Shown: in pieces, positions 50,186 through 59,498 of the stretch | Layout of the letters: every line of letters starts with the position of its first letter | Position numbering within the stretch: position 1 is the stretch's first letter | Assembly: GCA_963749075.1 (NCBI GenBank) | Contig: CAVVLJ010000021.1 | Span: forward strand, 352,001 to 416,000 | DNA from: an uncultured Pseudomonadota bacterium | Lineage (GTDB): Bacteria; Pseudomonadota; Alphaproteobacteria; JACZXZ01 | DNA length: 64,000 bases | Reading direction: 5' to 3' | Program-made: the position numbers and the translations under genes | The notes under the pieces: model-generated | What the model saw: the letters and a program-made list of their open reading frames with translations, nothing else | Told to the model about the DNA's origin: nothing | The model's database searches: none

Positions 50186-51265
50186 TCAATAAGGAAACGG
50201 CCACGTCCTCAGCTTCTCCTTCCCGGTCTGCCAGAGCCGCGCCAGGCCGTTCGGCTCGACGATGAGGAAGAAGATGATGAGCGCGCCGAAGATCATGAAT
50301 TGCAGGTTGGTGACGGTGGTGACCTTGATGTCGATGCCGAGAAGCGGCGGCACGTTGATGAGGAGGATGGGCAAGAGCACGATGAAGCCGGCACCGAGGA
50401 ACGAGCCGAGCACGCTGCCGAGGCCGCCGATGATGATCATGAAGAGGATCTGGAAGGAGCGGTCGATGTCGAAGGCGAGCGGCTCGACGCTGCCGGTATA
50501 GACGAAGGCCCAGAGCGCGCCCGCGATGCCGATGTAGAAGGAGCTCACGGCAAAGGCGAGGAGCTTGGTGCGCAAGGGCCGGATGCCGACGATCTCGGCC
50601 GCGATGTCCATGTCGCGGATGGCCATCCAGGCGCGGCCCGTGGCCGAGCGCGCCATGTTCTTGGCAGCGAGCGCCAGCACCACCACGATGGTGAGGGCGA
50701 AGAGGTACTTGCCGAGCGGCTGCGCCTCGGGCCCGGTCACGAAGGCGTGGCCGAAGACCGCGCGCGGCGGTGCCGAGATGACGCCCGAGCTCGAATAATT
50801 GTTGAACCAGGGTATGCGGTTGAAGAGCCAGATGAGGAAGAACTGCGCCGCGAGGGTGGCGACCGCGAGATAGAGGCCCTTGATGCGCAAGCTCGGGATG
50901 CCGAAGAGGATGCCGACGCCGGCCGAGGTGAGGCCGGCCAAGAGCAGGACGACCACGATGTGGAGCCCGGGAAAGCCGGTCGAGAGCTTGAAGGCCGCAA
51001 ACGCCCCGACCGCCATGAAGCCGCCGGTGCCGAGCGACACCTGACCCGCATAGCCGGTCAGGATGTTGAGTCCCAGGGCGGCGAGCGAATAGACGAGGAA
51101 GGGTACGAGGATGGTGCTGAGCCAATATTCGTTGGCGACGAGCGGCACGGCGACATAGGCGGCGGCGAGGAGCAGCGCCAACGCGATGCGGTCCTGCAGG
51201 ATGGGGAAGATCGCCTGGTCGGCTGAGTAGCTCGTCTTGAACTGTCCGGCCTCGCGATAGAGCAT
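50186..51265 (-). CDS. Branched-chain ABC permease (LivM-like)
   Basis: LGLNILTGYAGQVSLG, LRIKGLYLAVATLA, IIGGLGS. Confidence 0.92.
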   Translation of the reverse strand: MLYREAGQFKTSYSADQAIFPILQDRIALALLLAAAYVAVPLVANEYWLSTILVPFLVYSLAALGLNILTGYAGQVSLGTGGFMAVGAFAAFKLSTGFPGLHIVVVLLLAGLTSAGVGILFGIPSLRIKGLYLAVATLAAQFFLIWLFNRIPWFNNYSSSGVISAPPRAVFGHAFVTGPEAQPLGKYLFALTIVVVLALAAKNMARSATGRAWMAIRDMDIAAEIVGIRPLRTKLLAFAVSSFYIGIAGALWAFVYTGSVEPLAFDIDRSFQILFMIIIGGLGSVLGSFLGAGFIVLLPILLINVPPLLGIDIKVTTVTNLQFMIFGALIIFFLIVEPNGLARLWQTGKEKLRTWPFPY

Positions 51266-51268
51266 CGC

Positions 51269-52204
51269 CTATACCCTCTCGATGATGCGCTCGCCGAAGA
51301 GCCCTTGCGGCCGGAAGAGGAGGAAGACGAGGGCCAGCATATAGGCGATCCAGTCCTCGATGGCGCCGCCGAGCGGCGGGCCCCAGAAGACCTCGCCCAC
51401 CTTCTCGGCAGCCCCGACGATGAGCCCGCCGACGATGGCGCCCGGCACCGAGGTGAAGCCGCCCAGGATGAGCACCGGCAGCGCCTTGAGCGCCACCAGC
51501 GTCAAGGAGAACTGCACGCCGAGATTGGTGCCCCAGAGGATGCCGGCGACGAGCGCCACGAGGCCGGCAACCGTCCACACGATGACCCAGATCTGCTTCA
51601 AGGAGATGCCGACCGAGAGGGCCGCCTGATGGTCGTTGGCCACGGCGCGGAGTGCCCTGCCGATGCGCGTCTTCTGGAAGAAGACGGCGAGCACGGCCAC
51701 GAGCAGGCCGGCACTCGCCGCCGCCACCAGGTCGAACTTGTTGACGTTGATGACGCCGAGGTTGATCGGCCCGCTCGGCAGCCCGATGTCGAGCACGTGC
51801 ACGTCGCCGCCCCACAGCATCTGGCCGAAGCCCTCGAGGAAGAAGCTGATGCCGATGGTCGCCATGAAGAGGATGATCTCCGGCTGGTTGATGAGCGGGC
51901 GCAGCACCAGGCGCTCGACGACGAAGGCGAGCGCCGTCATCACCGCCATGGTGAGCACGGCAGCACACCAGATCGGCAGCTTGAGCTCGAGGAGGCCGAC
52001 GAAGGTGAGGGCGGCGAAGAGCACCATGGTGCCCTGCGCGAAGTTGAAGACGCCCGAGGCCTTGTAGATGAGCACGAAGCCCAGTGCGACGAGGGAATAC
52101 ATGACGCCGGTCAAGAGGCCGCCGACCAGCACCTCGAGGAAGAAGTCGGGGGCAGCTACGATCTGCGCGAAGGGGCCGATGGTGATGGCGTAGAGGAATT
52201 GCAT
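51269..52204 (-). CDS. Branched-chain ABC permease (LivH-like)
   Basis: YSLVALGFVLIYKASGVFNFAQG, GRALRAVA, RPQGLFG. Confidence 0.92.
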   Translation of the reverse strand: MQFLYAITIGPFAQIVAAPDFFLEVLVGGLLTGVMYSLVALGFVLIYKASGVFNFAQGTMVLFAALTFVGLLELKLPIWCAAVLTMAVMTALAFVVERLVLRPLINQPEIILFMATIGISFFLEGFGQMLWGGDVHVLDIGLPSGPINLGVINVNKFDLVAAASAGLLVAVLAVFFQKTRIGRALRAVANDHQAALSVGISLKQIWVIVWTVAGLVALVAGILWGTNLGVQFSLTLVALKALPVLILGGFTSVPGAIVGGLIVGAAEKVGEVFWGPPLGGAIEDWIAYMLALVFLLFRPQGLFGERIIERV

Positions 52205-52238
52205 CGGTGCTATCCCTCACCCGGCTCGTTGCGCGCGC

Positions 52239-52343
52239 TACCCCCCACCCCAACCCTCCCCCTCAAGGGGGGAGGGGGACGGCTTATCGACACGCGATGC
52301 ATCTTCCCTCCCCCCGTGAGGGGGAGGGTTGGGGAGGGGGGTA
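52239..52343. repeat. Palindromic repeat family B, inverted pair
   Basis: CCCCCCACCCCAACCCTCCCCCTCAAGGGGGGAGGG ... CCCTCCCCCCGTGAGGGGGAGGGTTGGGGAGGGGG. Confidence 0.8.
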
Positions 52344-52366
52344 CGCCCTGCATCGCCGCCTCCCCT

Positions 52367-53167
52367 TCACTCATGGCTTACCCCGAGATAGGCCTCGATG
52401 ACGGCCTGGTCGGCGCGCACCTCGTCGGGGGTGCCGTCGGCGATCTTGCGGCCGTAGTCGAGCACCACGATGCGGTCGGAGATGTCCATCACCACGCCCA
52501 TGTCGTGCTCGATGAGGGCGATGGTGGTGCCGAACTCCTCGTTCACGTCGAGGATGAAGCGGCTCATGTCCTCCTTCTCCTCGACGTTCATGCCGGCCAT
52601 GGGCTCGTCGAGGAGGAGGAGCTCGGGCTCGGCGGCGAGTGCCCTGCCGAGCTCGACGCGCTTCTGCAGGCCGTAGGGGAGCCGCCCGACCGGCACCTTG
52701 CGGATGGCCTGGATCTCGAGGAAGTCGATGATCTCCTCGGCGAAGCGGCGGTGGCGCACCTCCTCGCGCGCCGAGGGACCTATGTGCAGCGCGTCGAGGA
52801 GGACGTTGCTGCGCATCTTGAGGAGGCGCCCGGTCATGATGTTGTCGAGCGTCGACATGCCGCGGAAGAGGGCGATGTTCTGGAAGGTGCGCGCGATGCC
52901 GCTCTTGGCGGCGTCGTGCGGGCGCATGTGGTGCACGGCCTTCCCCTTATAGGCGATGGTGCCGCGCTGCGGCTTGTAGAAGCCGTTGATGCAGTTGAGC
53001 ATGGAGCTCTTGCCGGCGCCGTTCGGGCCGATGATGGCGCGGATCTCGCCCTTGCGGATGTCGAAGCTCACGTCCGAGAGGGCGGCGACGCCGCCGAAGG
53101 AGAGGCTCAAATCCTCGACCCTCAGGAGCACGTCCCCGATGCTGCGCCCGGCGCTCGCGGCTGCCAT
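52367..53167 (-). CDS. ABC transporter ATPase (LivG-like)
   Basis: GPNGAGKS, ARTFQN, LPYGLQKRVE, LLDEPMAGMN, EHDM. Confidence 0.92.
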   Translation of the reverse strand: MAAASAGRSIGDVLLRVEDLSLSFGGVAALSDVSFDIRKGEIRAIIGPNGAGKSSMLNCINGFYKPQRGTIAYKGKAVHHMRPHDAAKSGIARTFQNIALFRGMSTLDNIMTGRLLKMRSNVLLDALHIGPSAREEVRHRRFAEEIIDFLEIQAIRKVPVGRLPYGLQKRVELGRALAAEPELLLLDEPMAGMNVEEKEDMSRFILDVNEEFGTTIALIEHDMGVVMDISDRIVVLDYGRKIADGTPDEVRADQAVIEAYLGVSHE

Positions 53168-53181
53168 CAGGGCGCTATCCC

Positions 53182-55221
53182 TCAGCTCGCCTTCCTGAGG
53201 GGGGCCGGCTCCACGGCCGCGGCACCCGCCGGCGGGAAGCCCGCGGCGTCGGCCAGCCTGAGCGTCGCGCGCACCGTGCCCGTGCGGCCGTCCTCGAAGC
53301 GCATCTGGGTCTCGACGTCGCATTCCGTGCGCCCGGAATAGAGCGCCTCGACGAGGGTCTCGTACTTCTCGGCGATGAAGCGGCGGCGCACCTTGCGCGT
53401 GCGGGTGAGCTCGCCGTCGTCGGCGTCGAGCTCCTTGCGCAAGAGGAGATAGCGCCGGATCTGCGAGCCGGCCAACGCCGGATCCGCCGCGAGGTCGCGG
53501 TTGACCGCCTCGACGTTCTCCTTGATGAGGGCATAGACCTCGGGCTTGCCAGCGAGCTCGCCGAAGCTCGTATAGGCGAGGCCGCGCCGCTCGGCCCAGT
53601 TGCCCACGGCCCCGAGATCGATGCTGATGAAGGCGGCGGCGAAGTCGCGGCCGTCGCCGAAGGCCACCGCCTCGCGGATGTAGGGGAAGAACTTGAGCTT
53701 GTTCTCGAGGTACTTGGGCGCGAAGATCGTGCCGTCGTTGAGGCGGCCCACGTCCTTGGCGCGGTCGATGATCTTGAGCTGGCCGTGCTGGTCGATGTAG
53801 CCGGCGTCGCCCGTGCGCACCCAGCCGTCGGGCGTCTTGGCGGCGGCCGTGGCCTCGGGGTTCTTGTAGTACTCGACGAAGACGCCGGGGCTCCGGAACA
53901 TCACCTCGCCGCTCTCGGCGATCTTGAGCTCGACGCCGTTCACCGGGCGGCCCACGGTCTCGGGCCAGATCTCGCGGTTGGGCTGGATGGTGACGAAGAC
54001 CGAGGCCTCGGTCGAGCCGTAGAGCTGCTTGATGTTGATGCCGAGCGAGCGATAGAAGATGAAGATGTCGGGCCCGATCGCCTCGCCCGCGGTATAGGCG
54101 AGCCTCAAGCGGCTCATGCCGAGCGTGTTCTTGAGCGGGCCGTATACGAGAAGCGCGCCCAGCCAATAGAGCAAGCGGTCCTTGAGCGGGACCGCCTTGC
54201 CGTCGAGGATGGCGGGGCCCACGCGCCGCGCCAGCGCCATGAAGGACTTGAAGAGGCGGCGCTTGAGCGCGCCCGCGTCCTCCATGCGGATCATCACGCC
54301 GGTCAGGATGTTCTCCCAGATGCGCGGCGGGGCGAAGAAATAGGTCGGGCCGATCTCGCGCAGGTCCTGCATGACGGTGGCGCCCGATTCCGGGCAGGCG
54401 ATGCAGAAGCCGGTGCAATAGGCCTGCGCCACCGAGAAGACGTTGTCGCCGACCCAGGCCATGGGGAGATAGGCAAGCGCCACGTCGCGCTCGCCCAAGC
54501 CCTCGAGCTCGGCGGCGCTGTCCGCGGTCAGGATGAGATTGTCGAAGGAGAGGATGACGCCCTTGGGCTGACCGGTGGTGCCGGAGGTGTAGTAGAAGCT
54601 CGCGATGTCGCTGCCCTTGCCCTTGGCGACCTCCCTCAAGAAGAATTCGGGGTTGGCCGCGTCGAACTTTTGGCCCTCCTCCTCGAGTGCCGCGAGGCTC
54701 GAGAGGGCCGGCTGGCGGTAGTTCCGCAAGCCCCGCGGGTCGTCGTAGACGATGCGCTCGACGCCCTTGCAGCGCTCCATCACCTCGAGGAGCTTGTCGA
54801 CCTGCTCCTGGTCCTCGGCGACGGCGAAGCGCACCTCGGCGTGCGCGAGGACGAACTCCATCTCGCCGGCGTTGGCGTCCTGGTAGATCGGCACCGGCAC
54901 GGCGCCGAGCGCCTGGGCCGCCACCATCGACCAGTAGAGATGGGGGCGGTTGTCGCCGACCACGGCGAGCTTGTCGCCGCGCTCGAGACCCGCCGCGGCG
55001 AGGCCGCAGGCGATGCGGCGCACCTCAAGAAGCGTCTCGGCCCAGCTCCAGCTCTGCCAGATGCCGAAATCCTTCTCCCGCATGGCCGGGCGCTCGGGGC
55101 GCAGCTTGGCGTGGCGCAGCAGGAGCTTGGGGAAAGTGTCGAGCCCGGGAGACCCGGGCCTCGTCCCCTCGGGCGCCGCGGGCTTGGCGCCCTCGGGCGA
55201 TGCGTAGAGCTCGGCAGCCAT
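53182..55221 (-). CDS. Long-chain acyl-CoA synthetase (AMP-binding)
   Basis: YTSGTTGQPKG, YGSTE, TGDAG, IIDRAKD, ELTRTRKVRR. Confidence 0.92.
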   Translation of the reverse strand: MAAELYASPEGAKPAAPEGTRPGSPGLDTFPKLLLRHAKLRPERPAMREKDFGIWQSWSWAETLLEVRRIACGLAAAGLERGDKLAVVGDNRPHLYWSMVAAQALGAVPVPIYQDANAGEMEFVLAHAEVRFAVAEDQEQVDKLLEVMERCKGVERIVYDDPRGLRNYRQPALSSLAALEEEGQKFDAANPEFFLREVAKGKGSDIASFYYTSGTTGQPKGVILSFDNLILTADSAAELEGLGERDVALAYLPMAWVGDNVFSVAQAYCTGFCIACPESGATVMQDLREIGPTYFFAPPRIWENILTGVMIRMEDAGALKRRLFKSFMALARRVGPAILDGKAVPLKDRLLYWLGALLVYGPLKNTLGMSRLRLAYTAGEAIGPDIFIFYRSLGINIKQLYGSTEASVFVTIQPNREIWPETVGRPVNGVELKIAESGEVMFRSPGVFVEYYKNPEATAAAKTPDGWVRTGDAGYIDQHGQLKIIDRAKDVGRLNDGTIFAPKYLENKLKFFPYIREAVAFGDGRDFAAAFISIDLGAVGNWAERRGLAYTSFGELAGKPEVYALIKENVEAVNRDLAADPALAGSQIRRYLLLRKELDADDGELTRTRKVRRRFIAEKYETLVEALYSGRTECDVETQMRFEDGRTGTVRATLRLADAAGFPPAGAAAVEPAPLRKAS

Positions 55222-55436
55222 GGCGCCTCCTTGCGCGACGGCGCCGGGGATGGCCGGTGAGGGGCCCCTCGGAGGTGCCGGCGCGCCGAGGCGCATGGGC
55301 CGCACCCGACCGAGGCGTCCTTCGCCCCAAGACCCGCCCGCCCGGCGCCTCCCTGGCCTGTTCGCTACGTGGTTCTTCGTGGCCGGCGATCACGAGTAGG
55401 CCCACTGGTACGCGGCAATCCTGCCGGGGTCAAGTC

Positions 55437-55588
55437 TCCCTCTCCTCCTTCAGGAGGAGAGGGTCGGGGTGAGGAGGCGGTTTTGCAAGGCACATCGTCG
55501 GTCGCAAAGGCCCATAAACGCCGCGCCTCCTCACCCTCCCATTCCTTCGGGATGGGACCCGCCCTCTCCTCCTGAAGGAGGAGTGGGA
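55437..55588. repeat. Palindromic repeat family B variant, inverted pair
   Basis: CCCTCTCCTCCTTCAGGAGGAGAGGGTCGGGGTGAGG ... CCTCACCC...CCCTCTCCTCCTGAAGGAGGAG. Confidence 0.7.
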
Positions 55589-55602
55589 CAAACCTCGTCT
55601 CG

Positions 55603-55998
55603 CTAGGCGTGCGGCACCACCGCGGTGGCCTCGATCTCGACCTTGGCGCGCTCCTCGACGAGGGCCGAGACCTCGACCAGCGTCATGGCGGGGAAATGGT
55701 TGCCCATCACCGCGCGGTAGGCCCGGCCGACCTCGGCGAGGTTGGCTAGATACTCCTGTCCGTCGGTCACGTACCAGCTCATGCGGCAGACGTGCTGGGG
55801 TCCGGCACCCGCCTCGGCCAGCACGGCCAGCACGTTGACGAGCGCCTGGCGCACCTGGCCGGCGAGGCTGTCGGTCTCGATGCGGCCGGCGGGGGTCCAG
55901 CCGATCATGCCGGCCGCGAAGACGAGGCGGCCTTCAGCCGCGATGCCGTTGCTGTAGCCCTTCGGGCGCGGCCAGCCCGGCGGTTGCAGGACCTGCAT
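55603..55998 (-). CDS. RidA/YjgF family protein
   Basis: PPGWPRPKGYSNG, FPAMTLVEVSALVE, KVEIEATA. Confidence 0.9.
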   Translation of the reverse strand: MQVLQPPGWPRPKGYSNGIAAEGRLVFAAGMIGWTPAGRIETDSLAGQVRQALVNVLAVLAEAGAGPQHVCRMSWYVTDGQEYLANLAEVGRAYRAVMGNHFPAMTLVEVSALVEERAKVEIEATAVVPHA

Positions 55999-56073
55999 GG
56001 ATCGTCACCCCCGTTTGTGTTCGTCCGGCCTGGCGCGCCGCCAGCGCGCCGACTCCAACGGCCCACCTCTCCT

Positions 56074-56155
56074 CGTCATGCCCGCGAAGGCGGGCATCCA
56101 CGTCTTCTTTCGCTGGCTGCGAGAGGTGGATGGCCGGCCTTCGCCGGCCATGACG
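56074..56155. repeat. Palindromic repeat family C, inverted pair
   Basis: CGTCATGCCCGCGAAGGCGGGCATCCAC ... GTGGATGGCCGGCCTTCGCCGGCCATGACG. Confidence 0.75.
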
Positions 56156-56237
56156 CCCCACGATGAAGACGCGGGGTCAACTGCGATCGGCCGCCCCAAC
56201 GTCGCGCCCTCAAAAGCTCTTGAACCGCGCCGCCCAT

Positions 56238-56257
56238 TTATTTTAGACTTAAAATAA
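56238..56257. promoter_or_regulatory. Operator palindrome, probably for the cluster MarR
   Basis: TTATTTTA-GACT-TAAAATAA perfect 8-bp inverted repeat in the ridA/SDR divergent region. Confidence 0.7.
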
Positions 56258-56305
56258 CTGGCCGGCAAGCCACCCAAGGGAAATGGCCGGAGGGGGATCG
56301 TGGTC

Positions 56306-57142
56306 ATGGCAGGCGAAGCGGTGTCGGGGGCGGTCGAGCTCGAGGGCCGAGCACCCGCGCCGGAGGCAGCACTCGCCGGGCGCCATGCGCTGGTCACCGG
56401 CGGCGGGCGCGGCATCGGCGAGGCGATCGCCGGTCGGCTCGCGGCACTCGGCGCCGAGCTCACCCTGGTCGGCCGCTCCGCTCGGACGCTCGAGCTTGCC
56501 GCGGCGCGCCTCGAGGCGGCCCATGGCCGCAAGGTGGCGACCGCGGCGGCCGAGGTGACGGACGCGCCCGCGGTAGCGGCGGCCTTCGAGCGCGCGGGCG
56601 CCGTCCACGGCGCGCCGCTCATCCTCGTGAACAACGCCGGTGCCGCGAAGAGCGCGGCCTTCCTCAAGACTAGCCGAGCCCTGTGGGACGAGATGCTGGC
56701 GGTCAACCTCACGGGCGCCTATCTCGCGAGCTCGGCAGCGCTCCCCGGCATGCTCGCGGCGGGCTGGGGCCGCATCGTCAATATTGCCTCCACGGCGGGC
56801 CTAGTCGGCTACCGCTACGTCGCCGCCTATTGTGCCGCCAAGCACGGGCTCATCGGCCTGACGAGGGCCCTCGCCCTCGAGCTCGCGGCGAAGGGCATCA
56901 CGGTGAACGCGGTCTGCCCCGGCTTCACCGATACGGACCTCCTCGCAGCGGCCGTCGGCGACATCGCGAGGGCGACGGGCCGCAGCACCGCCGCGGCGCG
57001 CGCCGAGCTCGCGGCACGCAATCCCCAGGGGCGCCTGGTGACGCCGGCCGAGGTCGCCGATGCGGTCGCCTGGCTCTGTCTCCCCGCCTCGGGCGCCGTC
57101 ACCGGCCAGAGCATCGCGGTCGCCGGCGGCGAGGTGACGTGA
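56306..57142 (+). CDS. SDR oxidoreductase
   Basis: [30 protein letters not shown]. Confidence 0.9.
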   Translation: MAGEAVSGAVELEGRAPAPEAALAGRHALVTGGGRGIGEAIAGRLAALGAELTLVGRSARTLELAAARLEAAHGRKVATAAAEVTDAPAVAAAFERAGAVHGAPLILVNNAGAAKSAAFLKTSRALWDEMLAVNLTGAYLASSAALPGMLAAGWGRIVNIASTAGLVGYRYVAAYCAAKHGLIGLTRALALELAAKGITVNAVCPGFTDTDLLAAAVGDIARATGRSTAAARAELAARNPQGRLVTPAEVADAVAWLCLPASGAVTGQSIAVAGGEVT

Positions 57143-57669
57143 TGGCGGCGCTCACGCACGTGCCCGCGCGGCGGCCCGACTGCGAGAGTGCCGTGCGCCG
57201 CGACGACCGCCTGGAGCTGCGCGTCTGGCTGCGCCTCCTCACCTGCGCCAACCTGATCGAGAACCGCGTGCGCCAGCGCCTGCGCAAGACCTTCGAGATG
57301 ACCCTCCCGCGCTTCGACCTGCTCGCCCAGCTCGAGCGCGCGCCGGACGGCCTCACCATGGGCGAGCTCTCCCGCCGGCTCATGGTGACGAACGGCAACG
57401 TCACCGGCCTCATCGACCGCATGGCGGGAGAAGAGCTCGTCGAGCGCACGGCGGCGCCGGGCGACCGGCGCGTCCAGCTCGTGCGCCTCACCGCCGCCGG
57501 ACGCCGCGCTTTCGATGCCATGACCCTCGAGCACGGCAGTTGGATAGTCGCCATGATGGGCGATCTCGGCCGCAAGGAGATGGCCCAGCTCTATTCCCTC
57601 CTCGCCAAGCTCAAGGGGTCGGTCGAGGACGCCGGGCGGCGCGATGCTGCGCCGGCGGAGAGGCCGTGA
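57142..57669 (+). CDS. MarR family regulator
   Basis: LRVWLRLL, TLPRFDLLAQL, MVTNGNVTGLIDR, DRR. Confidence 0.9.
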   Translation: MAALTHVPARRPDCESAVRRDDRLELRVWLRLLTCANLIENRVRQRLRKTFEMTLPRFDLLAQLERAPDGLTMGELSRRLMVTNGNVTGLIDRMAGEELVERTAAPGDRRVQLVRLTAAGRRAFDAMTLEHGSWIVAMMGDLGRKEMAQLYSLLAKLKGSVEDAGRRDAAPAERP

Positions 57670-57685
57670 GCGGCGGGCACCGGCG

Positions 57686-59389
57686 GTGAGCGGGACACCC
57701 TTCCTCCCCGAAGCGCCGAGCGCGCAGCGGGACGGCTTTGCGCGCGCGAGCCTGCCGCCGCGCGAGCTATGGCCGCGCATGGATTACGGCACGCTGCCGG
57801 AGCTCAACGCCTACGAGAGCCGCATCAATGCCGCGGCAAGCCTCCTCGGCCGCCAGCTCGCGGCCGGGCGCGGCAGCCGGCCGGCGATCTATTTCGAGGA
57901 TGCGGTGTGGAGCTATGCAGCACTCAACGAGCGCTCGGACCGCATCGCGCGCGTGCTGGTGGAGGAGCTCGGACTGGTTTCCGGCAACCGCGTCCTCCTT
58001 CGCGCGCCCAACAACCCGATGATGGCGGCGGCCTGGCTCGCGGTGCTCAAGGCGGGCGGCATCGCGGTCGCCACCATGCCGCTCCTGCGTGCCCGCGAGC
58101 TCGCCTTCATCGTGGAGAAGGCCGGCGTCGCCCTGGCGCTCTGCGACGTGGCCCTCGCCGTGGAGATGGAGGCGACGCGCAAGCGCTCCTCAGCACTCGC
58201 GCGCGTGAGCTACTTCAGCAAGTTGGGCCAAGGCCCTTCGGCCGAGGCCAACCTCGACCGCCGCGTGGAGAAGACAGGCACCGGCTTCGCTCCGGTTGCG
58301 ACCGCGGCCAACGACGTGGCGCTCATCGCCTTCACCTCGGGCACCACGGGTGAGCCCAAGGGCACCATGCATTTCCACCGCGACGTGATGGCGATGTGCG
58401 ACTGCTTCCCGCGCTACCTCCTCAAGGAGAGTGCCGCCGACATCTCGACGGGCTCGCCGCCGCTCGCCTTCACCTTCGGACTCGGCGCCATGCTGTGCTT
58501 CCCGCTGCACACGGGCGGCGCCACGGTGCTGCTCGAGAGGTTCACGCCCGATGCGCTGCTCGAGGCCGTGACGCGCTACCGGGCGACGACGCTCTACAGC
58601 GCTCCGACCGGCTACCGCGCCATGACCGAGCTCGCCCGGCGCCACGATCTCGCGAGCCTCACGAAATGCATCTCGGCCGGCGAGACGCTGCCGCTCCCCA
58701 CCTTCGAGGGCTGGCGCCAGGCGACCGGCCTCAAGATCGTCGACGGCCTGGGCTCGACCGAGATGCTGCACATGTTCGTCTCGGCCGCGGGCGACGGCAT
58801 CAAGCCGGGCACCACGGGGAAGGCCGTGCCGGGCTACGAGGCCCGCGTGGTGGACGGCGACGGCAACCCGCTGCCGCCGGGAGAGCCCGGCAATCTCGCG
58901 GTGCGCGGCCCGACGGGCTGCCGCTACCTCGCCAATCCCGAGCGCCAGCGGAGCTACGTGCGCGGCGGCTGGAATTACCCCGGCGATCTCTACGTGGCAG
59001 GGGAGGACGGCTACTTGCGCTACCAGGCGCGCGCCGACGACATGATCATCTCGGCCGGCTACAACATCTCGGGCCCCGAGGTCGAGGCGGTGCTGCTCGA
59101 CCATCCGCTCGTGCGCGAATGCGCCGTCGTCGCCTCGCCCGACGCGGAGCGCGGCTTCATCGCCAAGGCCTTCGTCGTGCTGCGCGATGCGGGCGAGGCG
59201 GCACCCGCCGCCGCGAAGGCGCTGCAGGACTTCGTCAAGGGCGAGATAGCGCCCTACAAATATCCGCGCGCCGTCGAGTTCGTCGACGCCCTGCCGCGCA
59301 CCGAGACCGGCAAGGTGCAGCGCTTCAAGCTGCGCCAGGCCGAGCTTGAAAAAGCTCACCGGGTAGGGCACGGAGAAGGAAAGCGATGA
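57686..59389 (+). CDS. Aromatic acid-CoA ligase (2-aminobenzoate-CoA ligase-like)
   Basis: FTSGTTGEPKGTMHFHRD, PPLAFTFGLG, GSTEMLHMF, RGPTGCRYL, PRTETGK. Confidence 0.88.
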   Translation: MSGTPFLPEAPSAQRDGFARASLPPRELWPRMDYGTLPELNAYESRINAAASLLGRQLAAGRGSRPAIYFEDAVWSYAALNERSDRIARVLVEELGLVSGNRVLLRAPNNPMMAAAWLAVLKAGGIAVATMPLLRARELAFIVEKAGVALALCDVALAVEMEATRKRSSALARVSYFSKLGQGPSAEANLDRRVEKTGTGFAPVATAANDVALIAFTSGTTGEPKGTMHFHRDVMAMCDCFPRYLLKESAADISTGSPPLAFTFGLGAMLCFPLHTGGATVLLERFTPDALLEAVTRYRATTLYSAPTGYRAMTELARRHDLASLTKCISAGETLPLPTFEGWRQATGLKIVDGLGSTEMLHMFVSAAGDGIKPGTTGKAVPGYEARVVDGDGNPLPPGEPGNLAVRGPTGCRYLANPERQRSYVRGGWNYPGDLYVAGEDGYLRYQARADDMIISAGYNISGPEVEAVLLDHPLVRECAVVASPDAERGFIAKAFVVLRDAGEAAPAAAKALQDFVKGEIAPYKYPRAVEFVDALPRTETGKVQRFKLRQAELEKAHRVGHGEGKR

Positions 59390-59394
59390 AGAGA

Positions 59395-59477
59395 ACCACA
59401 AAGGCACAAAGGCACAAAGAAGAACGCGAATGCGCTTCGCGCAAGAATGTGCCTTCGTGCCTTAGTGTCTTTGTGGT
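59395..59477. repeat. Palindromic repeat family D
   Basis: ACCACAAAGGCACAAAGGCACAAAG ... CTTCGTGCCTTAGTGTCTTTGTGGT, 9-bp internal tandem in an inverted arrangement. Confidence 0.7.
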
Positions 59478-59498
59478 CTTTCCTCCCTACAGTGCGGC

